The notes under the pieces: model-generated
Databases searched by the model: none
Told to the model about the DNA's origin: nothing
The model's input: only the letters and a program-made list of their open reading frames with translations
Assembly: GCF_000143415.4 (NCBI RefSeq)
Contig: NW_003314289.1
Coordinates: forward strand, 383,281 to 441,318
Direction: 5' to 3'
DNA: 58,038 bases
DNA from: Selaginella moellendorffii
Taxonomy: Eukaryota; Plantae; Lycopodiophyta
Shown here: positions 36,754 to 49,220 of the stretch, piece after piece
Layout: each line of letters starts with the position of its first letter
How positions within the stretch are numbered: the first letter of the stretch is position 1
Program-made: the position numbers and the translations under genes

Positions 36754-37918
36754 ATGGCGTCGCCCTGCCGGATGCGCCGCGAGGAATGCTTCGCAGTGAA
36801 GCACGATCGCTACTTCACGCGCTGGAAGGTACCACATCTCTCCCTCCCTTTCCAAATCCTGGCGCATTTCTTCCACTTCTTGGATCCTGGTCTCCGCTTA
36901 ACGCCGATCCTCTAGATCTTGATCGGGCACTCGGACTGGCGCGATTCAGTGGACAGCCCTAGCGGATCGAGGTACCGGCTCCACAATCTCCCCAGCAAGA
37001 GCGCTGTTCGTCCCGGAATCTACGAGCTGGGGATCGTCCGGCCGTGCTCGAGTTCTCGCAAGAGGAAAAAGAAGAAGAGGCTACACAGGAGAGATGTGGT
37101 GGCCGTGTACCTCGGACAGGCCGAGAATGTGAGGCAAAGGCTACAGTCTTACGGGCAAGGAGGGTCTCACTTGGAAGGCTGGACTGGATTGGAGAAATGG
37201 CTGCCCGAGAAGAGAGTTCTCACGCAGATCTTCCGGCAAGGACCTCGATTGTTCTCCGAGATCTTTGCTCGAGGATACTCACTGGCATTTCGATGGTCTG
37301 CTGTAAGTTCTTGGTATTTTTTTCTCTCGCCAGTTTGCTCATCTTTTTCTTCTTTTTTTGTTCTAGACAGGAAGCAAGGAATCAGCGCTAGCAGCCGAGA
37401 AGAAGCTACTCCATGTTTTCGACTACGCTTGGAACAAGGGTGCCAATGGAGCTCGGCGATCGCTGGACGTTCTCACCAAGCTCGAGATGCAATCCAACGT
37501 GGTGTGCGGGACGAGGAGCTCCATCGCGACCCGGCTGGGCTGCGCGAGGATTTTCGAGAGGAGAGTTGGAGTCAGGGTGGAGCTGTCAAAGCCCAAGGAT
37601 CGATCGGAGGCCAGGAGCTTCCGGGACGTGATAAGGGGATTCCTTGGCCTCTCCATTGATGGTCACGAAGATCATCGCAAGAAAGAAGGAGATGGAGTTC
37701 GTCCAGACGATGCGAGGAAGACGAGTTCTTCCAGGAAGGATTGCAAGGTGAGGATCGAAAGAGCAGGGACAGGGAAACTCTACGGGGAAGTGACAGGAGA
37801 GAATGGATTGAAATGCGGAGTGGTTTCGAAGGTGGATGGCGTTGGCTGCACGAGAACTCCCAGAAATGGGAGGAAGCGCTGCGATTTGCATAGGAGAATG
37901 AGGGTGATCAAGATATAA
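36754..37918 (+). CDS. ET: EFFECTOR OF TRANSCRIPTION (ET) protein: GIY-YIG-like domain + one C-terminal ET zinc repeat (3 exons)
   Basis: RREEC...KHDR.F..WK, RYRLHNLP, PGIYELG...VYLGQAENVRQRLQSYG, FDYAWNKG.NG.RR, and CGV.....GC...P..GRKRC..H. Confidence 0.92.
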
Positions 37919-38189
37919 GTATTGTTCTTATGTGATGGAAGTCCAACTCTCACACATTGTATGCTAAGCTTACGCTCAACAAAATTTACCACCTTTTTAA
38001 CAAGGGGTAAAGATTCCTAAGTTTGTGATGATGGAATGCTCCAGACACGCACATTTGAACTCAAGATTGGCTGTCATCAAGGACGGATTCGAACTTTTTT
38101 GAAATCACGAGAAAACAACAGAATGTACGATGTTTGATTTAAAGATGAGATTTGACTCTTGTTATCATGTCATTGTTACAACTCTGTAA

Positions 38190-38610
38190 GTTGAAGTTGC
38201 CACTCAAGAACAGGTTCATCTTCAGAGTTCACACTGGAATAACAAAATGTACAAAGAAACCTTTGAAATTTAAAGTTGCCACTGAACAACAGGTTCAAAA
38301 TTGCTGAGTTTCCTAGGAAATAACAAAATGCACGAAGAAACTTTTGTTCCCACTAAAGAACAGCTTGAAACTGCCGAGCTTACCCAGGAAATAAGAAAAT
38401 GTACAAAGAAACTCTTGAATTTTGAACTTGCCACCCAAGAACAGGTTCAACCACAATAACAAAGTAACAAAATGCATGAAAATGTACAAAGACTATGGAA
38501 ACTTTTGAATTTTGAAATCAAGTTTGAGCTTCAGAGCAGAATCAACTTCACAAATGAAATAACAAAATGTACAAAGCAACTTTGGAATGTAAACTTGCCA
38601 CCCAAGGACG
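38190..38610 (+). repeat. Degenerate tandem array of about 65-80 bp units (TTGCCAC.CAAGAACAGGTTCA...AATAACAAAATGTACAAAG)
   Basis: Five to six recognisable units between the convergent 3' ends of ET and XTH. Confidence 0.8.
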
Positions 38611-38686
38611 AAATGGAGCTCACCCGATTTCGATACAGCCCAGAGCTTCAGCCGTGTGCAAGAATGGAAGCCACCATGCACCAGTC

Positions 38687-39776
38687 CTAGAAAGCGTCCT
38701 TGCATTCGGCCGGAGGCGTGGGGTAGCGCGAGGTGTCGATGCAGTAGTTGTAAACCATGTAGTTTTTCTGGACCCACTTGAGCCTGTGGCGCTGGTTCCG
38801 ATTGAGCGAGCGGTAGCGTTCCTGGTTCCACCACGCGGAACCGGCCATGGCCGAGCACGCCTCAACCTTGCCCGACTCGCAGGCGTCCACCGCAAAGTTT
38901 CGATACGACGCGACGAACGGAGCTTTGCTCCAGTCGATCTTGACGACCCCTCCGCGAGTAGCCCACTGATCCCCGTTCCAGATGCTCGAGAAAGCACCCA
39001 TGGATTGCTTGGACGGAAACGCGACGCCTTTGGCCTCGTTGTTGCGGAAGACGCGGATCGGGATTTCATCCACCAGGAATCTGTGCCAAGGAAGGAACTT
39101 TGAGCTCGAGAGAAGAGAAAGAAGAGATTTTTGTCTTGCTTACACGATCTGGTGCTGGTTCCAGAGCACCGAGTAGGAGTGGAAGCTTGTGGTGGGATCA
39201 AACCAGAGGAAGATCCGCTGCTCTCTCGCTCCAACTCCATTGGAGTATATGTTGGTTTGGAGAATGTATGGCTCGCCGGAAACGTTTCCCAGGAACTCGA
39301 AGTCGAGCTCGTCTCGATTGGGTGTTTGGCCCGATGTGAGCTGCAAGAAAACAGCAAAGCAAATGCTATGTTAGATCCAGATCGAAATGCTCTCAAGATC
39401 GAATCGTGAATCGTGATCTGGAACTTACGTAGTATGCTGTGACTGTTCCGGCCGAGTCTCCCGGAACTAGCTTCATGTCCATGCTGATCTTTCCAAACAG
39501 GAACTGGCCCTTCGATGCAAATCCAGATCCTAACAATCAGAGGATTCCAATCGAGACGGTGAGATCAATAAAAGGAAGAAAAATGTGAGAGGATCCCTTT
39601 TCTCTACCAGATGAATTGTCGAGCCGGAGCTGGAGAGCACTACCACCCAAGAGAGTGTTGACGTGATCCGGCGACCAGGTCACCGCGAAGTCGGTGTTGA
39701 AGTTCTTGTTCACGGGTGCTGCCAGTGAAGAAGCAGCGAGAACTACCACGAATCCAAGCACAAAGAAACGCTCCAT
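38687..39776 (-). CDS. XTH: Xyloglucan endotransglucosylase/hydrolase (GH16), 4 exons
   Basis: Signal peptide, [62 protein letters not shown]. Confidence 0.97.
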
Positions 39777-40828
39777 CTCTATGCACTACAAAGAACTCGA
39801 TTTTGATTCACAAGAACAGGAGAGAACCAACTCGATCGATCGAGAGTTTCGATCGCCCAAAACAAAGGCCTATGAATCTATTTGTTCTCTCCTTCGTTTT
39901 ATAGCGGGGTACGTAGCGTTTCAAAGGTAGCTTGAATCGAAAGCCACAGTAGAGCAGAGCAACGCAGAACACGTGAGAAGAGAATTGGGGCGCTCGAGTG
40001 AGTGATTCTCACATCCCATGGCTGCGTGCCAGTGCTTCACTTTTAGGCTGGAAAATCAGTCTCTCTTTTCCAACATTTGCAAATATGTTTTCTCTAGGAA
40101 AAAAAATGAAAATACAAAAGTTTCTGTTTGTTTTTTGAATTGTTTTTTGCTTTTGTCTGTTGGGATTCGACCATCGACATGCCTATCTTTTGCTCCGTCC
40201 GAGACGACGAAACGGAAGAATCAAATTTTCCAGGGAGACAACGACCGCTCCTCCTGGAGCTCGCTTCTCAAAGTATTATATACCTATACAGCTCTCTCTC
40301 TACGGCTACGTAGGGGCCGTTTGCTACGTACGTAGGTCCGGAATCATGAGTCACGAACTATACGATCAATCAAAATCGGAAATCAATCTCTCTCTCCCAT
40401 CCATGCCATCAGTTCAGTGTCCAGTCCAGCTCATACTTACTTTACCACACACAAACAACTACATTTACCACCTATTTATCCTAGCCAGCCTGCCAGGCTA
40501 CAACAGAACAGATGATACTATACTTTGGTGTCAGGCCAGCTGGTTCCTTCAAGTTCAAAAAACAATAAAGCCATTTTGGTTGGTTATTTCGAAAATCTTT
40601 CTTCAGATTAACCTTGATCAATTTGCGTTGACTCGGTAAGACATCAAAACCCCATTCCAACGAAAGTCAATGCTCATCGACTAAAACATCTCTCCTCTTT
40701 CCACTCTCGGGTCAAATCAGCCGGTAGTTTCATATTTAACCAGAAGCTTTACATGATCCAGATTGACATGCCAGCCCAATCCATTGATATTGCCAGTGAG
40801 GAACAGTTCCAATCAAGAGTGGCAACGC

Positions 40829-41125
40829 CATGGAGCATGGAGCAGAGCGTGACTTGGAGCACAAGGATTGGAGCAAGGACCAAGGCTGGAGCTTGGAGCT
40901 CGGAGCTGGGATCATGAAAGCTTGGAGCATGGATGGAGCATGGAGTGTAGAGGATGTGGAAGCGTTGGAAAGATGAAAAGGACGCAGAGCTACGTCCCAG
41001 TTTTGATGATCGGCTTTGGAGTTTGGAGCTTGGAGCAAGAACTTTGGATTTAACCTGGAAGAGAGGGCGTGGAAGGACATGCATATGGAGCGTGGTCTGG
41101 AGCTCGGAGCTTGGAGGGAGCCTCC
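40829..41125 (+). repeat. TGGAGC-rich low-complexity array
   Basis: More than 15 copies of (T/A)GGAGC in about 300 bp. Confidence 0.7.
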
Positions 41126-41842
41126 ATTCCCTGCGAGAGAGCATCCTCGTCCTGCTGCGATGATTGCGGTTGCAAATCCCGATACCCGAGCAGCCGGCTG
41201 CATTGAACTCTGACCGTGATCTGACTTGACACAGCGTAGCAAGTTTTCTTCGGCCTCCGCTTGGTGAATCCAATGCAGAAGAGCCTCAAGGTGTAGTTGA
41301 ACGTCGTGCATCCAATCAGACACTGAAGCTGGCACAAAAGTACCCAGAAGTTGATGAGAACGTTCCGGCCTGACATCCTGAGCTTGATCTTGCAGCCCGA
41401 CCTCGCCCCCGGTCTCCAGTGAATGGCAGAGTGCCGAGTCCTTCTCCGCAGCACGAGCAGCAACATCGATGCTCTTGCCGCTGCCATGAACTTTGGAGGG
41501 GGCATCACCAGCAGCAGATCTTGGGCCTGTTACCTTTGTTGCATTTAAGCTTCTTTCATCTCGGTTTCTCCTACCTGCGCGAATCAAATCTTAGAACGGA
41601 AACAGGAGGGAAAAAAAAAAAAAATGATGCCCCGCAACACAGTTTGGCCATTCGTTCGGTCAGTTGATGTACATATCGACAAGCAAAAGCCTTGGAAAAG
41701 TAGAGAACTCTACTTACCTGGGACTTACCTCCAGTGGGGATGGCAATATCGTCGAGATATGGCGATAATCGTCAGAGAGCCACGTTCACAAGTCATGAAT
41801 TTCTTAAAAGTTATCATACACAAAGCTTCATAGTGGAATTTT

Positions 41843-42124
41843 TCAGAATACGTACGCGATGCAAGCGGCAGTAAAGCCACTACCCACAGCAGAGGCTACC
41901 GTTGCAGCGGTAGTGGAAAGGCCGGCAGCGCCTACAGACTGGAGAATGGCGCACAGACTTCCCGCAGGAACAGCACCACCATAAAGACTCATGATACTCG
42001 CCGCTGCTGATCCGGCGGTGATCCCCGTCCCCGCGAAACCAGCAGCTGCGATGCCCGCAGAAACTACGGCGGGTGTTGCAACCGCAGCAGCAGCAGTAAG
42101 CGCTATCCCTATGCCGATATTCAT
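41843..42124 (-). CDS. IFI6/IFI27 (ISG12, Ifi-6-16 family)-like small hydrophobic protein, 93 aa
   Basis: AAGFAGTGITAGSAAASIMS...GGAVPAGSLCAILQSVGAAGLS matches the ISG12 motif GFT..GI...S.AA.MMS...GGV..GSLVA.LQS.GA.GLS. Confidence 0.88.
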   Translation of the reverse strand: MNIGIGIALTAAAAVATPAVVSAGIAAAGFAGTGITAGSAAASIMSLYGGAVPAGSLCAILQSVGAAGLSTTAATVASAVGSGFTAACIAYVF

Positions 42125-43405
42125 CGTCTGTTCGCACAAGAAAAAAGATCACGCGCTGATGAGGGGGAGCGGAACTTCGCGTATGGAGCGAGAGGAACTA
42201 GCAGGATCCGATGGGAGCTATGGTGTGCTATTTTGTAAATCACCTTTGCTTCAATCCCACGTAATGCTTCGAAGAATATTTTTAGAATACCTTTAGAAAG
42301 ATAAAAGAAAAAGATTCCATCTGGCCAGAAAGAGAAAAAGTATCTCAAAAGAATAATTTGAGTGCGGCAAAACTCTGCGAGATTCCCGTGCTTAAATGTT
42401 AATGCTTACTTAGACATTTGATGAACTTGCTCTAATCACCAGATTTTCTGGTGTAATGGCCATGTCCCATGGTTTCCAGCGATGGGTCATACACCATCCA
42501 TCATAGCCATTCAAGTTTCGCGATGCTTGTTGAGCAATTCACAAATTCTCGGCTCGGTTGATTCTGTGCTTTGAAGGCTATTATATTTATAATATCCTTA
42601 TTAATTCAGCATTTTCTTGTTAACTGGAAAATACTAGTCCTATTGTTTATGAATCTTAGAAGCTTGGCTTTGCTATTATGGTAATATTTCAAATAAAGAA
42701 ACTTTACAAAATAAGAATTGCAATATTTTGTCTAAAAATCTTAATAATAATAGTTGCAATATTACTAAGAGAGTTTGTTGATGGTCACAAACTAGAAAGC
42801 CTTACACTGTTATTAGAAGCAACATAAATTTTTTTTTCTTTTGGTGTGGATGTACCTTAGTAACCATTTAGAGCACACTAGGTCTGATCTTCCTCATGGT
42901 TATGTGCAAGTAGTAGAGCTTGGATCGTAATTTTGCCAATGCGGGACTTGCCTGTGAAACGAGATATGCGCACAAACCTTTGACAAGATGAGTGCAGGCA
43001 CCACCAGCAAGATTTAGAGTATTTAAATATCATTTTAACTCTCAAAGGGAAAACAAATTAAATATTTGCTCAAAGCTGTTATTCTTCCACTAATAAGATG
43101 AGTTAACTTCGGATTAAAATTCATGCTACAAAATGGCAGCTCAAAGTTTGGAAAGCGATGACAAGGCTGTTGCACAGACCTTAGCCACCGATTGCTTTCA
43201 GGCGATGTTTTCGAGCACGGATTTAATATGGTTCCGATAGCTTTTATCTGCACGCATCACCCAACATCCCAAAACGATTCATCTTAACGACTCTGTCTCC
43301 AACTTACCTGGTGATTGTCCTCCATGCCTCTAAAAAGGCGAGAGTTTGCCATCTCCAAGGCCATCAAAGTTTGTAGATTCTATCCTTGAAAGATGAAAAC
43401 ATACC

Positions 43406-46400
43406 TTACATTTCTTCCACTCGCAGCTCAAAGCCACAGCCACAGCGCTTGATCCGAACGCACGCCTCCTCGTCGTAGCTCTGCCACTCGTCCGGGAAGC
43501 TGTGGACGTGGTTCTCATCATCCGCCTTTGCGGGCCTCCTCCTCGCTGCGCGATCATCACTGGCAGCAGCACTCGAATGGTCAGCAGCAGCCCGGGCCTT
43601 TTCTTCCTCCGCCTCTGGGACGCTGCTGCTCACACCTTTGTCTTCGTACGCTGCTCGCAATCTCTCCCTCGTCACCATGGAACGCAGCAGCTGCCTCCAC
43701 CGTAGAGCCGCTTGTGCCTCGGTCTTCTCTCGCAGCTGGGCCTCCCTTCGCTCTTCCTCGGCGCGGTACACCTTTGGTTTTTCTCCGCACAGTATCAGCT
43801 TCTGAAAACGGTGTGACGGGAGTTTGCTTACCTGTAGGATGGCGTCCTTGAATTCATCGCACACGACCACCCCTTGGAAAACTGGTACCGAGCGCCCCTG
43901 CCGGATCTCAAACCCGACCATTGCCGGTGCGAAGTCGATCCCCAGCATCTGGACGACCGGGGTCACCCGCGGGAGCGCGAGGTGCACGGTTCCAGGAGGT
44001 ATACATTTTTCTGACCATACATCCACATGGCCTCGCTCGTTCTAAATCCACAAAACAAACGCTCAGAGATACACAAAGAGATTGAGGCCTTACTTTTGGA
44101 ACAATTCCATCCACTGCCGGCGGAGGTTGCCATGGATCGGTTTGCCATTTTCCGAACAAGAGCACTAGAGAAGGCTCGTCGGGCGCTCCCTCTACTTTGC
44201 GGGCCAAATTACGAGATTTTATGATCTGCAATAACAAAAGCGATTGTCGTTTGGTCGTGATATTCTGGTGAGTGACAATACCTTGACGGGCTCTTCTCCT
44301 TCTCTCACAGCAAATCCTTCTCGTAGCCACCGTTCTTTGGTGTGAAGATCCTGAACGCACGTCCGGGGATAAACAGGCTTGCCACCACAAGTGCCTAAAA
44401 TGGGCCCTTTCGGATGTAGCACTTGGTATCTTGTCAGCCATCGTTCCATGACATACAAGTGGTGGTTTCGGTACGCCTGTGGACGACGCGTGGTAAAAGA
44501 AGATTGCCCATGGAATGCTCGAATACCTGTTGGTTTGTTGGTAGCGGCTCAGTAAAAGACTTCACATCCAGCTCCATATCTTCTCTCGTGTTCCTTTCTG
44601 ACGGTGTCACGACGTCAAGTCTAAAACATATAGCATTAGATGGTCACCTTCGTTTGAAGTTCTGTGTGAGTCGTATGCATTTGATTCCAAGAGCCTAAGA
44701 GGAGAGAGACATGCACTCCACCATCCTTCGTCCACTCTTAATGCCTGTATCTTGGACCAGGAAGTAGTGTACCTGTTAATTCGAAAAAATGGATGAGACG
44801 GCGAGCATTTTGAAGCAAAATGTATCTACCTGCGAGTCACATCTTTTGCTCCGGATCCAGCAAACGCGACGACGTAACGAACTGGCTGCTTGCTCGAGGC
44901 CTCGATTTTCTCAACGTCATCGACCAGATTTCGAGCAGCATCGACGTGAATCCATCTTCCCGAGCTGTCATCGCCACAAAAGACTTCTGCCCAGTGCAGG
45001 AGAGGACCTTTCTTTCGAGACCAAACCACCGGCGGAGGAGGCTTGGGCTGAACAACTTTAGAAGCCGGTTGGGGTGTAGATACCACTGCTGCACTGGTCG
45101 CAGCCATTGCCCGTGCCAGTTCCAGCTCGAACTCTTCATCACCCCTTCGTTTTCTTTTCTGTTGAGTGGCTGGAGTCGTCTCATCTGTATTGCTGACAGC
45201 AGGCTTTGAAGTTGGCGTGTGATTCCTCTTTTTGCTGGTTGATTGAGGTTTTGATGGTTCAGGGCCGTCGTTGGACAGAACCCTCGTAGATGTCGAAGCT
45301 GGCGAAGTTGTTAAGTCTTCGGTTTCACGTTTCGACGTCCAAACATCTGGTGAGCCACCAGGCCTAAAATCTGAGAAAAGCCTCCCTGCTTTTGTTCTAG
45401 AGTCAGCTACATTTTCTTCCCAGTTTTCCGAAGCGAGCATCGATTCTGTATCGGGCTTTATGGAAGCCACGTCCAAAACGCAGACATATCTGTCACGCCA
45501 CACTTTAGTTCGTGAGTAAAACAGGATTCCAACACGTACGAACCTGGTTTTAAATGTCAGAGCACGGAACATGGCCACTGTGATCGCCGCAATCTAAAAA
45601 CGATTTACTAAGTTCATAAAAGAGAGAAAACGCATGTTACCTCTTCTTCTGAACCAAATTGCCGGGAAAGGACCTTACTCAACTCGGACAAGGGTCCACT
45701 CACAGATCCAACAGCAATTTGCATCACGCTATTGAGCTGATAGATACAAAACAAAAGAAGACATAAGAAATCATGCAGCAAAAGTACCCGACAAAACAAA
45801 CATGTCTTACCCATCTTACAAGAGAAGTCAGAGTCGACACAGTCGTTTTCTCCGGCTCGATGGACGAAGTAAACCGAGCTGGCACAAGCGAATAAACCAA
45901 TCCCTGCATCAGAATAGATCTTAAACTTCTCACACTTGGAAAACAAAACAATCTCGAAACCTTGAGTAGCGTGTCGTCACAGGCAGCGTCCACGAGCCTC
46001 CCTCTAGCCAGCAAACACAAGAGACGCAGCTTATGAACAAGCTCCGCGAATTCCTGTAACACTAAACTCGTTGAGAGAAAAGAAAAGAAGAACAAACAAA
46101 CAATCGTAGAGGAAAGAAAGACTAACCTTGTCTTTCGCGTTCGCTCTCCTTGTGATTTTCTTTTTTCCACCGACATCCTTTTCCACTTCTATCGTTAAGC
46201 CATTCTTCAAGCACTGGAAATTCCCATCACCAACTTCCCAGTCGATATCGTCTTCCGGGGCTTCAATCTTGCCTTTCTCGGCCGCATTCTTCTCCCGCGC
46301 CAGCAAAATCTCCTGGTGCGACTGCGCTACCGCCGCCGGCGCGCCACAAACCGACGCGGTAGCGGCAGCTCTGGAAGAATCCCAAATGCAGCGCTTCTGA

Positions 46401-46638
46401 TCGAAGGCACGGATCGATCATTAGCCCCCCTGTTCCACCCGGCAAACAACATACCGCACTGGAATTCGGCGCGCTAGAGCTGTCTTTCTTGCTGGATTTC
46501 CCCCGCACCCGATCCAAGAGCCGCTGCACATCCTTCTCCGAGGCATCGGCCAGAGTCTCTGCAGAAAAGAGAAGATCGAAATATGTCCAGGACGAAGAAT
46601 CGCGAGCGCGCCATGCCCTTACCCCTCTCCTCCTCCAT
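43406..46638 (-). CDS. RAD4: DNA damage recognition protein RAD4/XPC (multi-exon)
   Basis: VHKLRLLCLLARG, WAEVFC...RWIHVD, AKDVTRRY, LYVMERWL, PVYPR.CV..LH..ERWLREG, LFGKWQT, GIVPKNERGHVDVW, APAMVGFE, plant-type C-terminus CGFELRVEEM. Confidence 0.95.
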
Positions 46639-46726
46639 CGCGATAGCCCTTAAACCCTAAAACATTTTAATATAAAGGTAAAAAGAAAAACCCTAGAACC
46701 CTAAAGGTATATTCGAGATTTTGGCA

Positions 46727-47175
46727 ATGTGAAAAGTACTTCGCAGAGGTGGAGCGCCGCGGCACCAAGATCTTCGTGACGGCTCCAATGCCGGCTCGCG
46801 AATTCCGCGATCGATTGCGCAAGATCTACGGGCACCCGGCGCCCATGATCTTGTATGCCATCCGCTACGGTTTCTACTCCCACCATCCGGATGTCCCGTA
46901 CTGGGAAGCGTGCGAGCAAGTGGACGCCGAGCACCGCTACCTCGCAGGTGGGGATGGATCCAAAAAAACTCGAGGCGATTGAGAGCGAGCTTGAAGAGGG
47001 ACACAAGCTGCTCGGCAAGCCGCCGAAAGCAATGGCGGTTTCCCAGACTCGGCACTCGATCGATTTCCGGGAGGCGCCCAGCGTGGAGGAGCTCATGGCG
47101 GCGTTTCGCGAGAGGAGCAAGATCGCGCGCAAGTCGTGGCCGCTGCACTACTTCAACCGCGAGCGTGGCGAGTAA
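46727..47175 (+). pseudogene. GC-rich orphan coding region interrupted by apparent 1-bp frameshifts
   Basis: The ATG at 46727 is one base out of frame with EKYFAEVERRG...YLAGG. A second shift at about 46950 would join it to MDPKKLEAIE...RERGE. Telo-boxes lie upstream. Confidence 0.45.
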
Positions 47176-47419
47176 ACGCCGCTGCCGCTGGCCAGCCTTC
47201 CCAGAGAGATGAAGCTTGGCCAGCTCGAAGGATGCGGCAGCAAGAAGCTGGAGCTCATCTTTTGTTGCCCGGCCAACTTGTTCGGAATAGCACTGGACAC
47301 CGGCAAACAAGATCCATGGCAGCCTCCTCGGCCAGAAGACATCGTCTAAGTCCTGTCCAAACATACATAAGAAATCTGGTCTCTAGAGATAAAACACCAA
47401 AACTTTCCACTTACTTGCT

Positions 47420-47800
47420 CTGGAGCTGTGATGCTTGAAGCTGGAACTCCTCCTTTTTGAGAGCTCTCCATAGCTCTTTCTATCGCCAAGCACCGGTGGG
47501 AGCTTGTAGAAGTTTCAAGCTCGATGGACTTCCTCCGTTTTGATGACGAGAACCACGTCCCTGGATGGAGCTGTTCGATCAACTCCACAGCTCTTTCTAT
47601 GCCAAGCACCCCTGTTCCCGGATGGAGCTGTTCGATCAGCTCCATAAGCTCTTGCTCTTTTTATCCCCTGGAGCTGCAGAAGCTTGAAACTGGCTGGAAC
47701 TCCCCTTTGAACCACGTCCGAGAAACTCAGGTCTCTGTATCGCCAAGCACCCCTTGGAGCTGTGGAAGCTTGGAGCTGGACCTCGAAGAGTGAAGGAGCT
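47420..47800. repeat. GGAGCT-rich region with about 57-bp direct repeats
   Basis: GGATGGAGCTGTTCGATCA occurs twice (about 47563 and 47620). The TCT(T)T(C)TAT(C)GCCAAGCACC motif occurs three times. Confidence 0.7.
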
Positions 47801-47860
47801 CTTCTCCACAGCGAGATCTTTGATAATCTCCACGAACTCTTTTTTGTGCCCCAAGAACTC

Positions 47861-48913
47861 TCAATATCCATGCCTCTTAAGGCAAGTTGGGCCACCATAT
47901 CTTCTCTTCTTCCTGGGATCGGTGCTAAGCACCGCCGCTCGCCACAGCCTCTTTGTCTTCTCCGCGTGATAGAGATAGTGATCCGCGATGGAGTCCCCTG
48001 GCACGCCCAGCCTTCCCGTGAGAGCCGTCTGGAACATCCGCGCGCGCTCGTCGAAGACTTTGCATGCGCTCAAGTGCCTCCCAGCCTTGTGAAGGGCGAT
48101 GACGAGCTTTCCAATCGTGTCGACGTTGCCCTCGTAGCCACTCTCGATCATCTCCAGGAACACGAGATAGGCGGTCCCGACGTTGTGGGTCTGCGTGAGG
48201 AGCCCGATAAACTTGTTGTAGAAGAGGTGTGGGAAGCATATCGGCTCCGGCCACTGGATCAGCCTTGAGAAGATCTTATAGGCCTCCTCGACCTCCCCGT
48301 TCTTGCAGTAGCAGTGGAGGATCGACTCATACGTGCTGGGATGCGGCGAGAGCTTGAGCTTCTTCATCTCCGACCACACCACCTTGAGCTTGTCCAGCTC
48401 GCCGGTTCTTCCCAGCGATCGCAGCGTCACGTCAAAAGTGAACGACGTGGGAGCCAGATCGATGTAGAGCATCCTCTGGAAGATGTCGTAGACGATCACC
48501 TGGCAATCCGCGAGCTCCAGGCACCGGATGAGGCAATTGTAAGTGTAGGTGCTGTGCTTGAATCCCGGCTGCGTCGCTGCCCAGTTGAAGAACGCGAGCG
48601 CGGCGTGGCCTCTATCGACGTGCTTGAGCGCCTCCCCGACTAGCAACGGATCCACGAATCCCTCCCACACCTTAAGCGATTCCTTGAGGCTGGGGACGAG
48701 CTCTGGCTTGTTGAGAACGTTGATGATCTTGTAGAGGAATGGCCGCGTCCGCAGCAGCAGCAGCCTCTCGGGATGCATCGTCTCGGATGGATCGACGACG
48801 CATTCCACGAGCTCGCGGCTGTCGCTGCCCCTGGCGGCGCAAATGCACATACCTCGCCGACTGCGAATCCACCCCTGCGCCGCGATCGATCTCCCGGCGC
48901 CATGGCGGAGCAT
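47861..48913 (-). CDS. P-class pentatricopeptide repeat protein, probably mitochondrial, intronless
   Basis: ALAFFNWA..QPGFKHSTYTYNCLI, TFDVTLRSLGRTG, TYESILHCYCKNGEVEEA; Arg-rich N-terminus. Confidence 0.92.
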   Translation of the reverse strand: MLRHGAGRSIAAQGWIRSRRGMCICAARGSDSRELVECVVDPSETMHPERLLLLRTRPFLYKIINVLNKPELVPSLKESLKVWEGFVDPLLVGEALKHVDRGHAALAFFNWAATQPGFKHSTYTYNCLIRCLELADCQVIVYDIFQRMLYIDLAPTSFTFDVTLRSLGRTGELDKLKVVWSEMKKLKLSPHPSTYESILHCYCKNGEVEEAYKIFSRLIQWPEPICFPHLFYNKFIGLLTQTHNVGTAYLVFLEMIESGYEGNVDTIGKLVIALHKAGRHLSACKVFDERARMFQTALTGRLGVPGDSIADHYLYHAEKTKRLWRAAVLSTDPRKKRRYGGPTCLKRHGY

Positions 48914-49220
48914 CCAAAACCCCAGAATCCTTTTCCCCCTTCCAAACTATTTTTTAGGGTTCTTGGCATAAGATATAATCTTTCGCTGAAGACAGCGTTA
49001 GCGCTTAAGAAACTCTCTCCAATGTGACACAAGGATCTTAAAATATTCCTTCCATGGCGTGTTCTTTCCCAGCATTAGATCGGCCACTTTGCAAACACTG
49101 CCGCTAGACACACAAGGTTTCTACAGTAAAACAAATCCCAGCCGTCCGACTGTCTCGTCCGTTGGCCATTTAAAACCACGAACGGCTAGCGATCTACTAG
49201 TGGTTTTTTTAGGGTTCTTC

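Noticed and set aside
38190-38610. CRISPR-like array
   Set aside because: Eukaryotic context, whole units are homologous with no unique spacers, and no cas genes.
41100-41135. miR159/319-like sequence (cttggagggagcctcc)
   Set aside because: Only a partial match within TGGAGC low-complexity DNA, and no complementary star arm was seen.
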